From: a virus
DNA length: 64,000 nucleotides
Direction: 5' to 3' (one strand)
Virus record (IMG/VR): IMGVR_UViG_3300045988_173816
Span: 128,001-192,000 of that record
Below, piece after piece: positions 34,874-43,800 of this stretch. The position numbers were made by a program, and so were the translations under genes. Below the pieces are notes generated by a model. It was not told where the DNA came from. It worked only from the letters and a program-made list of their open reading frames with translations, and did no database searches. Numbering within the stretch: position 1 is the first letter of the stretch; each line of letters starts with the position of its first letter.

Positions 34874-35404
34874 ATGAAATTCAAAGATTTAGACGAACCA
34901 AACAAACTCCAAATTAAATTTCATTATCTATGTAGTTTGCTAGTTGATTTAGTACATAGTTCTGCTGATGATTCACCTTTACAAGTTATATACAACTTAA
35001 GAAAAGTGAAAAATTCTCACACGTTTGTAGAGTTAGATTACTGTGATCCAGACTTTAGGGATATAGTCAAAGTAAGACAAGGTAAGATTTATCAACATAT
35101 TCAGTTGAGACAAACTCCTACAAGTTGGGTGTTAGGTTTCTTTGGCAGCTCTAGTCAATATGAAGATGATTGGATTGAATTTAAGTTAGCAGATATAAAT
35201 GACACTGATGATTTCTATTCGATTGACTTGAATGAAGAACTAAGTTTGATTGCTTATGTTAATTTAGAAACTCCTCTATTCTTAGAATTGGTATCCTTAA
35301 CAGTTTCATTGGCTACAGCTTTGGGTTATTCTCAAAAGAAAATAACACAAGAATTAAACAGATTAACTGTGATTTATAACAATACAAATAAGTTGTGGGT
35401 TTAG
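34874..35404 (+). CDS. Hypothetical protein, paralogue family D
   Basis: N-terminal MKFKDLDEPNKLQIKFHYL and C-terminal ..LATALGYSQKKITQELN are shared with 35419, 36009 and 37140. Confidence 0.7.
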   Translation: MKFKDLDEPNKLQIKFHYLCSLLVDLVHSSADDSPLQVIYNLRKVKNSHTFVELDYCDPDFRDIVKVRQGKIYQHIQLRQTPTSWVLGFFGSSSQYEDDWIEFKLADINDTDDFYSIDLNEELSLIAYVNLETPLFLELVSLTVSLATALGYSQKKITQELNRLTVIYNNTNKLWV

Positions 35405-35418
35405 TTAGAAGGTATTAG

Positions 35419-35994
35419 ATGAGTTACACAGAGTTAAAAACAGAGGATAAAGTATTTCTATCTTTCGCTGCTTTCATGGACTTACTAAGTTTAGGTTTAA
35501 AAGAACCTCACCGATTTTCTGAGTTAAGAGATTTTCAATATGTCTCAACGTTCACCAATGGAGGTTTTGCAGGGGAACAAAATGGAGAATTTTATGATTT
35601 AATTCTATTTCGCTCCAATGGGTTTCCGAAATTGAAAGTTAGTTTATCTTTAGACAACTTTGAGTATTTAGATGTCAGTTTTTGGACTTATAAGCGTGGG
35701 GTATCCAGTGATGAAACTAACTTTTTACTTCCTTTAACTAAGTTAGGTTCTTACGGTGATTGGGATGAGAGCAAACTCCTTACTTATTTGAGAGCCTTTG
35801 AAACAGTTGTCTCTAAGGAATTAGAGTCTTCCTTTGGTATCGGAGTTGGTTTTGATAGTTTATTTGTAAAATTGGCTCACGCTTTAGGTTTTGATAGGGA
35901 CACAATAACACGTGAAGCTGCAACGATTGCTTATTATCTAGGTCAATACAACGAAAAGGTATTGAGGGGTTTAGGTAGTTTTAAAGCTGAATAG
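35419..35994 (+). CDS. Hypothetical protein, paralogue family D
   Basis: YTELKTEDKVFLSFAAF.. and ..LAHALGFDRDTITREA. Confidence 0.7.
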   Translation: MSYTELKTEDKVFLSFAAFMDLLSLGLKEPHRFSELRDFQYVSTFTNGGFAGEQNGEFYDLILFRSNGFPKLKVSLSLDNFEYLDVSFWTYKRGVSSDETNFLLPLTKLGSYGDWDESKLLTYLRAFETVVSKELESSFGIGVGFDSLFVKLAHALGFDRDTITREAATIAYYLGQYNEKVLRGLGSFKAE

Positions 35995-36008
35995 GTTGAG
36001 GTAAAGAT

Positions 36009-36545
36009 ATGGTAAAATACAAAGATTTAAATGAAACAGAAAAGAAAGTAATCAAGTTTGCTTACTTTACAAAATTGTTGGTTATGTTGAGTCGCCTAAA
36101 TGAACGAGATATTCCTTTACATAGGTCTATTACTGCTTATGATAGAGGTTGGACACATTGGAGTGTTGAACGTGCTGATGAATACACACTATATCTTCGA
36201 CTTTACACTAAGAACTCTAATCTTTCTAAGTTTATTTGTCTTAAAGTTCAAGATAGAGAATTATTTGCAGAGTACAAAGCTAATAAACGTGGTTTATCCG
36301 AAAATGAGTCTTTTGTCTATAAAATTGCAGATGTTGTATTTAATGAATATGGGGATGTCGCCTTTGAAAGTACACTAAACTGGCACCTCTTAGCTTATGA
36401 GAGTATGGGTAACGTTCTCTTTGAAGACTTGGTAGATCAAGCATTAAAACTGGCTAAAGATATGAAAATTTCAACTAATGAAATTAACAAAGAACTAGAC
36501 TTCAAAACATATCTTTACGAGAAGTTAGGTTACTTTCGGAAGTAA
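36009..36545 (+). CDS. Hypothetical protein, paralogue family D
   Basis: VKYKDLNETEKKVIKFAYF.. and ..LAKDMKISTNEINKEL. Confidence 0.7.
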   Translation: MVKYKDLNETEKKVIKFAYFTKLLVMLSRLNERDIPLHRSITAYDRGWTHWSVERADEYTLYLRLYTKNSNLSKFICLKVQDRELFAEYKANKRGLSENESFVYKIADVVFNEYGDVAFESTLNWHLLAYESMGNVLFEDLVDQALKLAKDMKISTNEINKELDFKTYLYEKLGYFRK

Positions 36546-36570
36546 GTATTGAGACAGAAAGAGGTAAAGC

Positions 36571-37128
36571 ATGAGTGATTCTAATTGGATGGGTATCCTC
36601 GGTGGATTTTGGTTGGCAAAGAATATATTAGATGAGGAGTCTCCCACGTCTAACTCAGTTTCAACAGTAAACAATTGTTCTAGTGATGGATTTGTTGAAA
36701 ATATTCCTTATATTCCAGAGAGTGAGGAGTCTCGTGCTCGACACTTTGTACATAGATATGCAACGGATGGTAAAACTGTTTTTACTCAAGATCAATTTTG
36801 TTTATTTATCCATCGATTAGGTGTTGTGTATTTTGTTGGTCAAGATGAAAATGGTCATAATATCTATGATATTCACCCTTGTAGAAAGTCACAGTTAGGG
36901 GAAATTTTAAATCATGGTGTATTTTGGGATGAACCTTTAACTGTGGGTTCTAGGAATAAGTTAGTAGATGAAGTTATTTATAGTTTATCTCGAAGAGGTT
37001 ATCCAATAAACACTTCTAGGTTTCGATTTTTATATAAATTTGATTTAATGGAGAAAGCTTTTCCGAACACTTTTAGATACTTGAGCACAGAAGAATCTTA
37101 CTATCATTGGCGTTCTTTAGGAAATTAG
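36571..37128 (+). CDS. Hypothetical protein, paralogue family E
   Basis: LGVVYFVG..IHPCRKS..LSRRGYPINTSRF..AFPNTF is paralogous to 37718-38146. Confidence 0.7.
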   Translation: MSDSNWMGILGGFWLAKNILDEESPTSNSVSTVNNCSSDGFVENIPYIPESEESRARHFVHRYATDGKTVFTQDQFCLFIHRLGVVYFVGQDENGHNIYDIHPCRKSQLGEILNHGVFWDEPLTVGSRNKLVDEVIYSLSRRGYPINTSRFRFLYKFDLMEKAFPNTFRYLSTEESYYHWRSLGN

Positions 37129-37139
37129 GGGATAAATAA

Positions 37140-37721
37140 GTGTTATATAAAGATTTAGATGAAAGAACAAAAGAGTTAGTTAAGTTCGCAGATTTCTTAA
37201 CACGTTTAGTTGTAATAGCAAAGTCGAATTACTTAGCTTTAATGCAAGCTTTCCCGGATAAACAGATTAAGAAGAACTGCTTTGTTTTCTCTTATGACAA
37301 GTTGGGTTACATCTTAACTTATTACAAACCATCAGGTGTATTAGGGTATCAACTTAAACTGTTCCGAACTACTGCAAAGACTGAGTTTAGAACAAACAGT
37401 AAAAACTATCAAAATACTGCTAACTTAACTGTGAATGTCAATTCTCGCATGAAAGGTAAGTCCTATGAGTTACAGTTTGCAGAGGGTGATGGTAATGGTG
37501 GTTGGCTCTTTGAAGAGTTAGACCCTATTACAGATTTATGTTGGTTGGGTGAGCTTTACAATGATTTAACTTGGTTCGGTAGAACTTATGATTCAGAAGA
37601 AGCTTTATTAGAGTTAATTCAGAAAAGTTATTATCCATTAGCTAAACAGTTAGGTTTTTCTCGAATTGAGTATAACGCAAGTTTGCGGGTCGTGGCTAAG
37701 AAATTGAGGTGTTTATCATGA
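37140..37721 (+). CDS. Hypothetical protein, paralogue family D
   Basis: GTG start. LYKDLDERTKELVKFADF.. and ..LAKQLGFSRIEYNASL. Confidence 0.65.
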   Translation: MLYKDLDERTKELVKFADFLTRLVVIAKSNYLALMQAFPDKQIKKNCFVFSYDKLGYILTYYKPSGVLGYQLKLFRTTAKTEFRTNSKNYQNTANLTVNVNSRMKGKSYELQFAEGDGNGGWLFEELDPITDLCWLGELYNDLTWFGRTYDSEEALLELIQKSYYPLAKQLGFSRIEYNASLRVVAKKLRCLS

Positions 37722-38146
37722 GTTTATCAGATTTAGTTATGTTAGGTGCTATTCGGAATCATTACAATGAAGATTTCTCAAAGTCTTCAAATTCAAGTTC
37801 TTTTGATTATTTGGGGGATTCTTCAAATAAAGGTATTTATATTGATAAGACATACTTTTTTGTTGAAGGTTATGGTGTAGTTATCCGAAGCGGAAGCACT
37901 TTTATGATTTTACCATGTTCGCGAGATAATTATACAACTATAGTAGATAATGCGGCTTGTTTCCATAAAAGTGATTCTGACTGTATTTATGGTGACCCTA
38001 AGTCGGATATTTTACTTTACCTTAGAGATAATGGGTATAATATAAAATCTTCGGATTTATTACGTTTAAGTATTCCTGCAATCTTTAGAAAAGCCTATCC
38101 AGACTTTATCGTTCACAACGGTTACGCAGAATATGTAGGGGAATAA
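37718..38146 (+). CDS. Hypothetical protein, paralogue family E
   Basis: ATG at 37718 with a GAGG RBS. YGVVIRSG..ILPCSRD..LRDNGYNIKSSDL..AYPDF. Confidence 0.65.
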   Translation: MSLSDLVMLGAIRNHYNEDFSKSSNSSSFDYLGDSSNKGIYIDKTYFFVEGYGVVIRSGSTFMILPCSRDNYTTIVDNAACFHKSDSDCIYGDPKSDILLYLRDNGYNIKSSDLLRLSIPAIFRKAYPDFIVHNGYAEYVGE

Positions 38147-38150
38147 TAAC

Positions 38151-38178
38151 AAACCAAAGCTACTTGCTTTGGTTTTCT
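38151..38178 (+). terminator. Intrinsic terminator
   Basis: 10-bp stem AAACCAAAGC/GCTTTGGTTT. Confidence 0.7.
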
Positions 38179-38180
38179 TC

Positions 38181-38209
38181 TTGCATTTTTCTTGTAGCAG
38201 TGCTATAAT
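38181..38209 (+). promoter_or_regulatory. Sigma-A promoter
   Basis: TTGCAT, 17 nt, TGcTATAAT. Confidence 0.65.
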
Positions 38210-38265
38210 AAAGTCAATCTTACACATAAGTAAGTTAAATTAAGTGTAAACAAAGGATTTCTATT

Positions 38266-39219
38266 ATGAAAAAGATTAAATTACTCTCGGTATCCGCTTT
38301 ATCTATCCTAGCTCTTGGGTTTGGAACACAAGTAGCACACGCAAGTATTCAAACTGACACGATTGATGAGAAATGGGGCAAACCCACTTTGGTTTATGGT
38401 GGTAGCTTGACTGACTCTCAGGTTGAGGAAGTAAACAAGTCCTTTAATATTTCTGATGTTGCAAACGTTAAGCGCCAAGTTGTTTCTGATGCTGACTACG
38501 TTAAGTATATGAATGAACCAAACGCTAATGGTTTATCTTTGATTTCATCTACCTTGGTTGCCAAACAAGATAAAGGTAAAGGTATTACAGTCAAGATTGT
38601 AACCCCAGATAATATTACGCGTGTAACTGAGACACAATATCGCAACGCTGCGATTACGGCAGGTGCAACAGATTTGGCGATTGAAGTTTCTGCTCCAGTA
38701 AAAGTAACTGGTGAATCAGCTTTGGTTGGTGTTTCTAAAGCGTTGGAAGCGAATGGTCAAGAAATTGATGCCAAACGAACTGAGCTTGCAAATGAGGAGA
38801 TTTCAACAACCGCTCAAATTGCAGAAGCAAATAAAGATACCAAAGGTTTTGACAGTCAATTGTTAGATAATGCTTTAATTCAGATTAAGACTGAGTTAGC
38901 TAAAGAAAAACAAAACAAGGGTCAAGTTGCTGATGATAATAAAGTAGAGAAGATTGTTAAGAAAGCTCTTAAAGACAATAAACTTGATGATATTATCTCA
39001 GAGGATCAAGTGTCTCAGTTGGTTCAATTTGCCAAAGGGTATCAGTCTACATCTGCGGTTGACTCTAAAGAAGTATTGAATCAACTAGGTGATTTGAAAG
39101 ATGCTATTTCTGAGGGGGTAGGTAAGTTCTTGAAGTCTGCTGAAGAGCATGGTGTGTTTGAGAAAGCGGTTGATTGGGTTAAATCTTTGTGGGAATCTTT
39201 AGTTAGTGCTTTCCACTAA
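38266..39219 (+). CDS. Secreted protein, DUF1002-like
   Basis: Signal peptide MKKIKLLSVSALSILALGFGTQVAHA|S. WGKPTLVYGGSLTDSQVEEV.. resembles the extracellular YpuA/DUF1002 family. Confidence 0.6.
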   Translation: MKKIKLLSVSALSILALGFGTQVAHASIQTDTIDEKWGKPTLVYGGSLTDSQVEEVNKSFNISDVANVKRQVVSDADYVKYMNEPNANGLSLISSTLVAKQDKGKGITVKIVTPDNITRVTETQYRNAAITAGATDLAIEVSAPVKVTGESALVGVSKALEANGQEIDAKRTELANEEISTTAQIAEANKDTKGFDSQLLDNALIQIKTELAKEKQNKGQVADDNKVEKIVKKALKDNKLDDIISEDQVSQLVQFAKGYQSTSAVDSKEVLNQLGDLKDAISEGVGKFLKSAEEHGVFEKAVDWVKSLWESLVSAFH

Positions 39220-39242
39220 TTACAGTTTAAGGGTTTAAGTTT

Positions 39243-39377
39243 ATGAATTTCATAACTGTGTTATGTTTAGGTTTTCTCCTTGGTTTAATTCTAAAATTGG
39301 TTAAGAAAAGCTTTCGTTTTATATTTTTTGTTGTAGTGGTTTTTGCACTAGTTGCATACCTTTTACAAATCCTATAA
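39243..39377 (+). CDS. Small (44 aa) two-helix membrane peptide
   Basis: Unlisted ORF MNFITVLCLGFLLGLILKLVKKSFRFIFFVVVVFALVAYLLQIL. Weak RBS. Confidence 0.4.
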   Translation: MNFITVLCLGFLLGLILKLVKKSFRFIFFVVVVFALVAYLLQIL

Positions 39378-39385
39378 AATCAGTA

Positions 39386-39414
39386 AGTCAAGGGTATCCA
39401 CTCTTGACTTTTTG
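39386..39414 (+). terminator. Intrinsic terminator
   Basis: AGTCAAG-ggtatccact-CTTGACT followed by TTTT. The loop carries GGTATC. Confidence 0.7.
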
Positions 39415-39432
39415 TTTGGTTTGTGGTAAAAT
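39404..39432 (+). promoter_or_regulatory. Sigma-A promoter with -35 in the terminator 3' arm
   Basis: TTGACT, 17 nt, TGgTAAAAT. The listed GTG start at 39423 lies inside it. Confidence 0.65.
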
Positions 39433-39467
39433 ATACTTCATTGAATGAAGAAGTAGGAGGAAACTTT

Positions 39468-40640
39468 ATGCTTGAAACGGCACACTTTATGTACTTAGAT
39501 ACACCTTTGCTAGAATTGACTTATGAGGATGGAAAGTTAATTAAGTCAGTAGATTTAGGTGTTCGTACTAACATACCTCATGTAGATCAGATTTTAGAGT
39601 TACCTTTGCGTTCTTTAGGTTTGTACTTATTGAGTCGTAGACATTCATCAGGAAGACTGAACCGTTCTGAGTTATTTGGTGGTGAACGATTAACTCCATG
39701 TGAAGAGTTAAAAGTTTACGGTGGTGCAGATTTAGATGATAACTGCTACGTTCGTTTTGCTTGGTTTCCTTACACTTCTGATGATTTATTTGGTTTACCT
39801 AGCTCAACAAATCGAGGTAGTTCAAGTCCAAAAGGCAATCAACCTAAGTGGGAAACTGGTACTAAGTTCTATAAGAAAGATAACTTCCCTAACGAATGTT
39901 TGGCTGAGTATTTGGTTTCCTTGTTCTTAGAATCTTCTAATTGTCCAGTACCATTTATACCTTACAGACTCGAAACTAGAACTATTTGTAGCTCTCCAAA
40001 CTACAAACCTCGGTATCTCATGTTTCCATTTGCTCAAATGTTAATTTTTGAACTGTCATTTAATGAGTCTAAACTAAGAGTTGGTAAAGGTTCTCCTACA
40101 TTTAACTATTGGTATAAAAGAATATGGTCTCATTTGTCTGCTGAAGGTCGTGTAAACTATTTAATTGATTTGTTTGCAAAATATGGAGTTCCACAAGAAG
40201 AGAGTTTAGCTTATTTAACAACTATGGTTGAACTCGATACTTTGGTTTTCAATACCGACAGACATTTCAACAACTTTGGTTTAGTTTATGATTTAGAAGA
40301 ACAACACTACAAACCTATGTTTCTATTTGACCAAGGGTTTTCCTTGGCAGTAGGTGAGGGTATCTTCGGTTCCGTTCGAAAACTGACTGACCCTTATCGA
40401 ATTAAGATGCAACCATTTAGTACAACCTTGTCTAAAAATCGCAGAGCTTTACCTAACTTTAAATTTGAATTTGATGTTCTCAAGTTTATTTTGTTGCTAG
40501 ATGAAACGAACATATTAACAAAAGAAGAACTCAAAGAAACAACTCAGTTTCGCATTTTAAAACGCAGATTAGCTACGGAATATCAAACAGATGTTCATGG
40601 TAGAGATATATTAAAAACACTTATTAGTTGTGGTTATTGA
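39468..40640 (+). CDS. HipA-like Ser/Thr kinase (toxin-type)
   Basis: ATG at 39468 with an AGGAGG RBS. GSSSPKGNQPKW resembles the HipA GaQpK loop, and VFNTDRHFNNFGLVYD the catalytic NxDxHxxN motif. Confidence 0.7.
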   Translation: MLETAHFMYLDTPLLELTYEDGKLIKSVDLGVRTNIPHVDQILELPLRSLGLYLLSRRHSSGRLNRSELFGGERLTPCEELKVYGGADLDDNCYVRFAWFPYTSDDLFGLPSSTNRGSSSPKGNQPKWETGTKFYKKDNFPNECLAEYLVSLFLESSNCPVPFIPYRLETRTICSSPNYKPRYLMFPFAQMLIFELSFNESKLRVGKGSPTFNYWYKRIWSHLSAEGRVNYLIDLFAKYGVPQEESLAYLTTMVELDTLVFNTDRHFNNFGLVYDLEEQHYKPMFLFDQGFSLAVGEGIFGSVRKLTDPYRIKMQPFSTTLSKNRRALPNFKFEFDVLKFILLLDETNILTKEELKETTQFRILKRRLATEYQTDVHGRDILKTLISCGY

Positions 40641-40693
40641 TTTAAACTAAGTAGTAACTAAAACTTATTATATTAGGTTTCTGCCACTAGTTG

Positions 40694-40736
40694 AAAAAAA
40701 AAATGGAGTTAGACGAAAAATCTTGACTCCATTTTA
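40694..40736 (+). terminator. Intrinsic terminator (A-run / hairpin / T-run)
   Basis: AAATGGAGT..16 nt..ACTCCATTT, flanked by A10 upstream. Confidence 0.6.
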
Positions 40737-40751
40737 AATTTATGTTAAACT
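40723..40751 (+). promoter_or_regulatory. Sigma-A promoter with -35 in the terminator 3' arm
   Basis: TTGACT, 17 nt, TGtTAAACT. Confidence 0.65.
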
Positions 40752-40868
40752 AAAATTTAGAAACAACTTGGTTTCTTATTTTTGTTAAGATTAAGTTTGT
40801 TTAGATGGTTTAGTAAAGTAAGATTTAAGTCTTACATATTTCAGTACAGAAAGGGAAGATATAAGTAC

Positions 40869-43800
40869 ATGAATAGAAGTGCAGAAACAAAAAGTTTTGG
40901 TTCAATTCGTAAGTACAAACAAGCCGGTACTTGTGGTGTTATTTTAGGTTTGGCAGCTTTAAGTTTAGCTTTCACAGGAGGTACTGTAAGTGCGGATGAA
41001 AGAGTAAATCCAAATCCAGCTACTAATGCACAGAGCTTACAAGAATCTCCAACTGTAGAATCTACAAAAGACCAAGGTAGTACAGGGAAATCAACAGGTT
41101 CTGTTGAAGTTACTGTGGGTCGAGATAAAGTTGAGTCCGCGGTATCTGCTGCTAAAGAAGCAGGTTTAACTGTTAAGGAAAAAGAAGTTGATGGTGGTTT
41201 AGTAGCTAACCCAGATGAGTTAGCTAAGAAAACAGCTGAGATTGAGTCTAGTTATGATAAACAAGCAAGCACTGTTGTAGATGAGTCTAAGAAGTATAAA
41301 GAGGAAGTAGCTAATCGTAAAGAAGAGATTAAAACGATTACTACTGAGAACAAGGAAAAACAAGACTCTTATGACAAAGCAAAAGCTCAGTATGATAAAG
41401 ACTTATCAGATGCTACTACAAAAAATGCTCAAATTGATAAGGAAAACCGAGAGAAGAATGAGCGTTTAAAAGCTGAAAAAGAGCGTGTAGCTAAAGAAAA
41501 TGAGCGTATCAAACAAGAAAATGCTTTAGCTAAAACTATGTATGAAAAAGCTTTAGCAGATAAAGCTAAGAAAGACGCTGATATTGATAAAGAAAATGCT
41601 GCTGCTAAGAAAAAATATGAGTCTGAATTAAATACGTGGACTATTGAAAAAGGTAAGTATGATGCAGATTTAACTAAGTATAACGAAGAGTTAGAAAAGT
41701 ATAAGAAAGCATTAGCTGAGGCAAAACGTAGGAACGAAGAGATTGCTAAGAAGAATCTTTCAGATAAGGAAGCTTATGCAAAAGCAGTAGAAGCTCGTAA
41801 GAAAGAAAACGAAGCTATTCTAAAAGCGAATAAAGAAGCTTTAGATGCTTATGAAAAAGCTTTAGCTGAGTTAAAACGTAAAAACGAGCAGGTTGATAAA
41901 GATAATGGTATCGCTACTTCGGAATATAACGATGCTATGCGTGATTATCAGAAAAGGTTTGCTCAGTATAAAGAAGACTTAGCTGAGTACAATCGTAAGT
42001 TAGCTGAGTATAATAAGCAAAATCTGAAGGCTCAAGGTGGTGGAGTTAAAATAGTAGGTGAGTTCGATGAGTCTAAACGAGGTTCATTGGATTATTACTC
42101 TAAATTAACCGCAGTTTTTGATGAAGATAAAACTCTTGAAGTTGTAAGTGGTGCTTTAGGTGCTAATGCTAATACTACTATGACTTTAGATACCAACCTA
42201 ACGAGAGATACTTCCTTTAGCAGTAGTGAAGACCCTAGCAAGTGGGGTGGTATGAATATCCGAGATATTCAACAAGGTTCAAAATTTACACTTCATAATG
42301 TAGGTAGAACTGCGACAGGTAAAATTATTTCTGCTACATTTACTTCACGTTCAACTCCAGTACCAGAACATAGAGTTAACGGAAATAAAGATGTGTACAC
42401 TAGCATGTGGGTTTGGTGGAATAAAGTAAGTGGGGGTAGTGTATCTGAGGTTGGTTTCTATCCTCGAAACTACTTGAATGTAGAGTGGGATATTTCGTTC
42501 TTCGATGAAACTACTAAAAAACCTTTAAACTTAGGTGTCATAAACATTTACTCAGATTTAGATTATGCTCAAGCGATTAGATATACTTATGGAGATAATA
42601 ACACGGGAGCTATTGTTAATCCATTAGGGTCTAAAGTTAAGGAAGTTACAACTCGTGGTTTAACTTATTGGGCAGGTGTTAAAACTGATGGAGTTCATGA
42701 TTCTGATGATTCAAGTCCTTTAAATCGGTGGAAGGCAGGGGATCCTTGGTATACTAACGTTGGCGATGTATCTGCAACACCAGAAGGCTCTCTTATTAGT
42801 GTAGGTAAAGGTACTACTCACCACTTAACTTATTTAGCTCGATATAATTGGAACTTAGTTCCTTATACAGAAGCTCAGTCTTTAGCTTATAAGAAGTATG
42901 TACAAGATAATGATAGAGCGGAAGGTAAAGCAATATCTACAGATAAAGACATTTTTGAAACGGGATATGCTTTTCAACTATGGGGAGGTAAATCCGTAAT
43001 TGATAAGATAGTACCTCCTATTGAGCCCGAACAACCAAATCCACCTAAGTTAACTCAAAAAGATAAAGAAACTCTTGAGAAACCAACACCTAAACCGTTG
43101 CTTCCTGATGTACCACCTACACCTGCAGATGGAGATGTTCCTCTTCCAAAAGAGCCACCTAAACCGGGTGAGTTTCTAAAGAAAAAACCAAATGAACCTA
43201 ATTATAAGGAAAAGGATAAAACTCCGATTGCACCTCCAGTTGCGAAACCCTTGGTACTTCCTCCTAAAGATGTACCAGATACACCTCATGTTCCTACCCC
43301 AAATGAACCTCCTAAACCAGAGTTAAGAACTGTTCCAAATGAAGTAACACCAAGAGAGGTTGAGGTTACTTATACACGTTTGAGAACTACCCCTACGGTT
43401 GAGAAGTTAGTTAAAAACTCAGGAGGTATAAATGTAAATAACTCATCTGTACCTAAACTTTCTGAGGTGGTTTGGGAGCTTGAAACTAAACCTCTCGCGG
43501 CAAATCGTAAAGAAACTACGATTTATGAATTAACCGATAATTTACCACAAGGGTATCATCTTGACTTAGCGAAAACTATTGCTCAAAACTCAGATTTTAC
43601 AGTGACTTATAATAAGGCTAAACATCAATTAAAAGGTGTATTGAAGTCTGAGGGGTTAGCTAAAGTTAACGCAGATTTAACTAAAGCATATACTGTTTCA
43701 GTTCTTAAGATTTATGGTACTGTAACAAATGATGCAGCTACTTATAAGAATAACTTCCGTTTGAATTTGAATAATGAGTTTGAGTCTTATTCAAATGTTG

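Noticed and set aside
22615-40868. Long N-terminal extensions in the ORF track (TTG 22615, GTG 39423, TTG 40782)
   Set aside because: These alternative starts fall inside promoter elements or upstream of the predicted transcription start (TTG 22615 is the -35 hexamer, GTG 39423 lies in the spacer/extended -10, TTG 40782 lies in the 5' leader). Downstream ATGs (22675, 39468, 40869) have proper RBSs and, for 40869, a YSIRK signal peptide.
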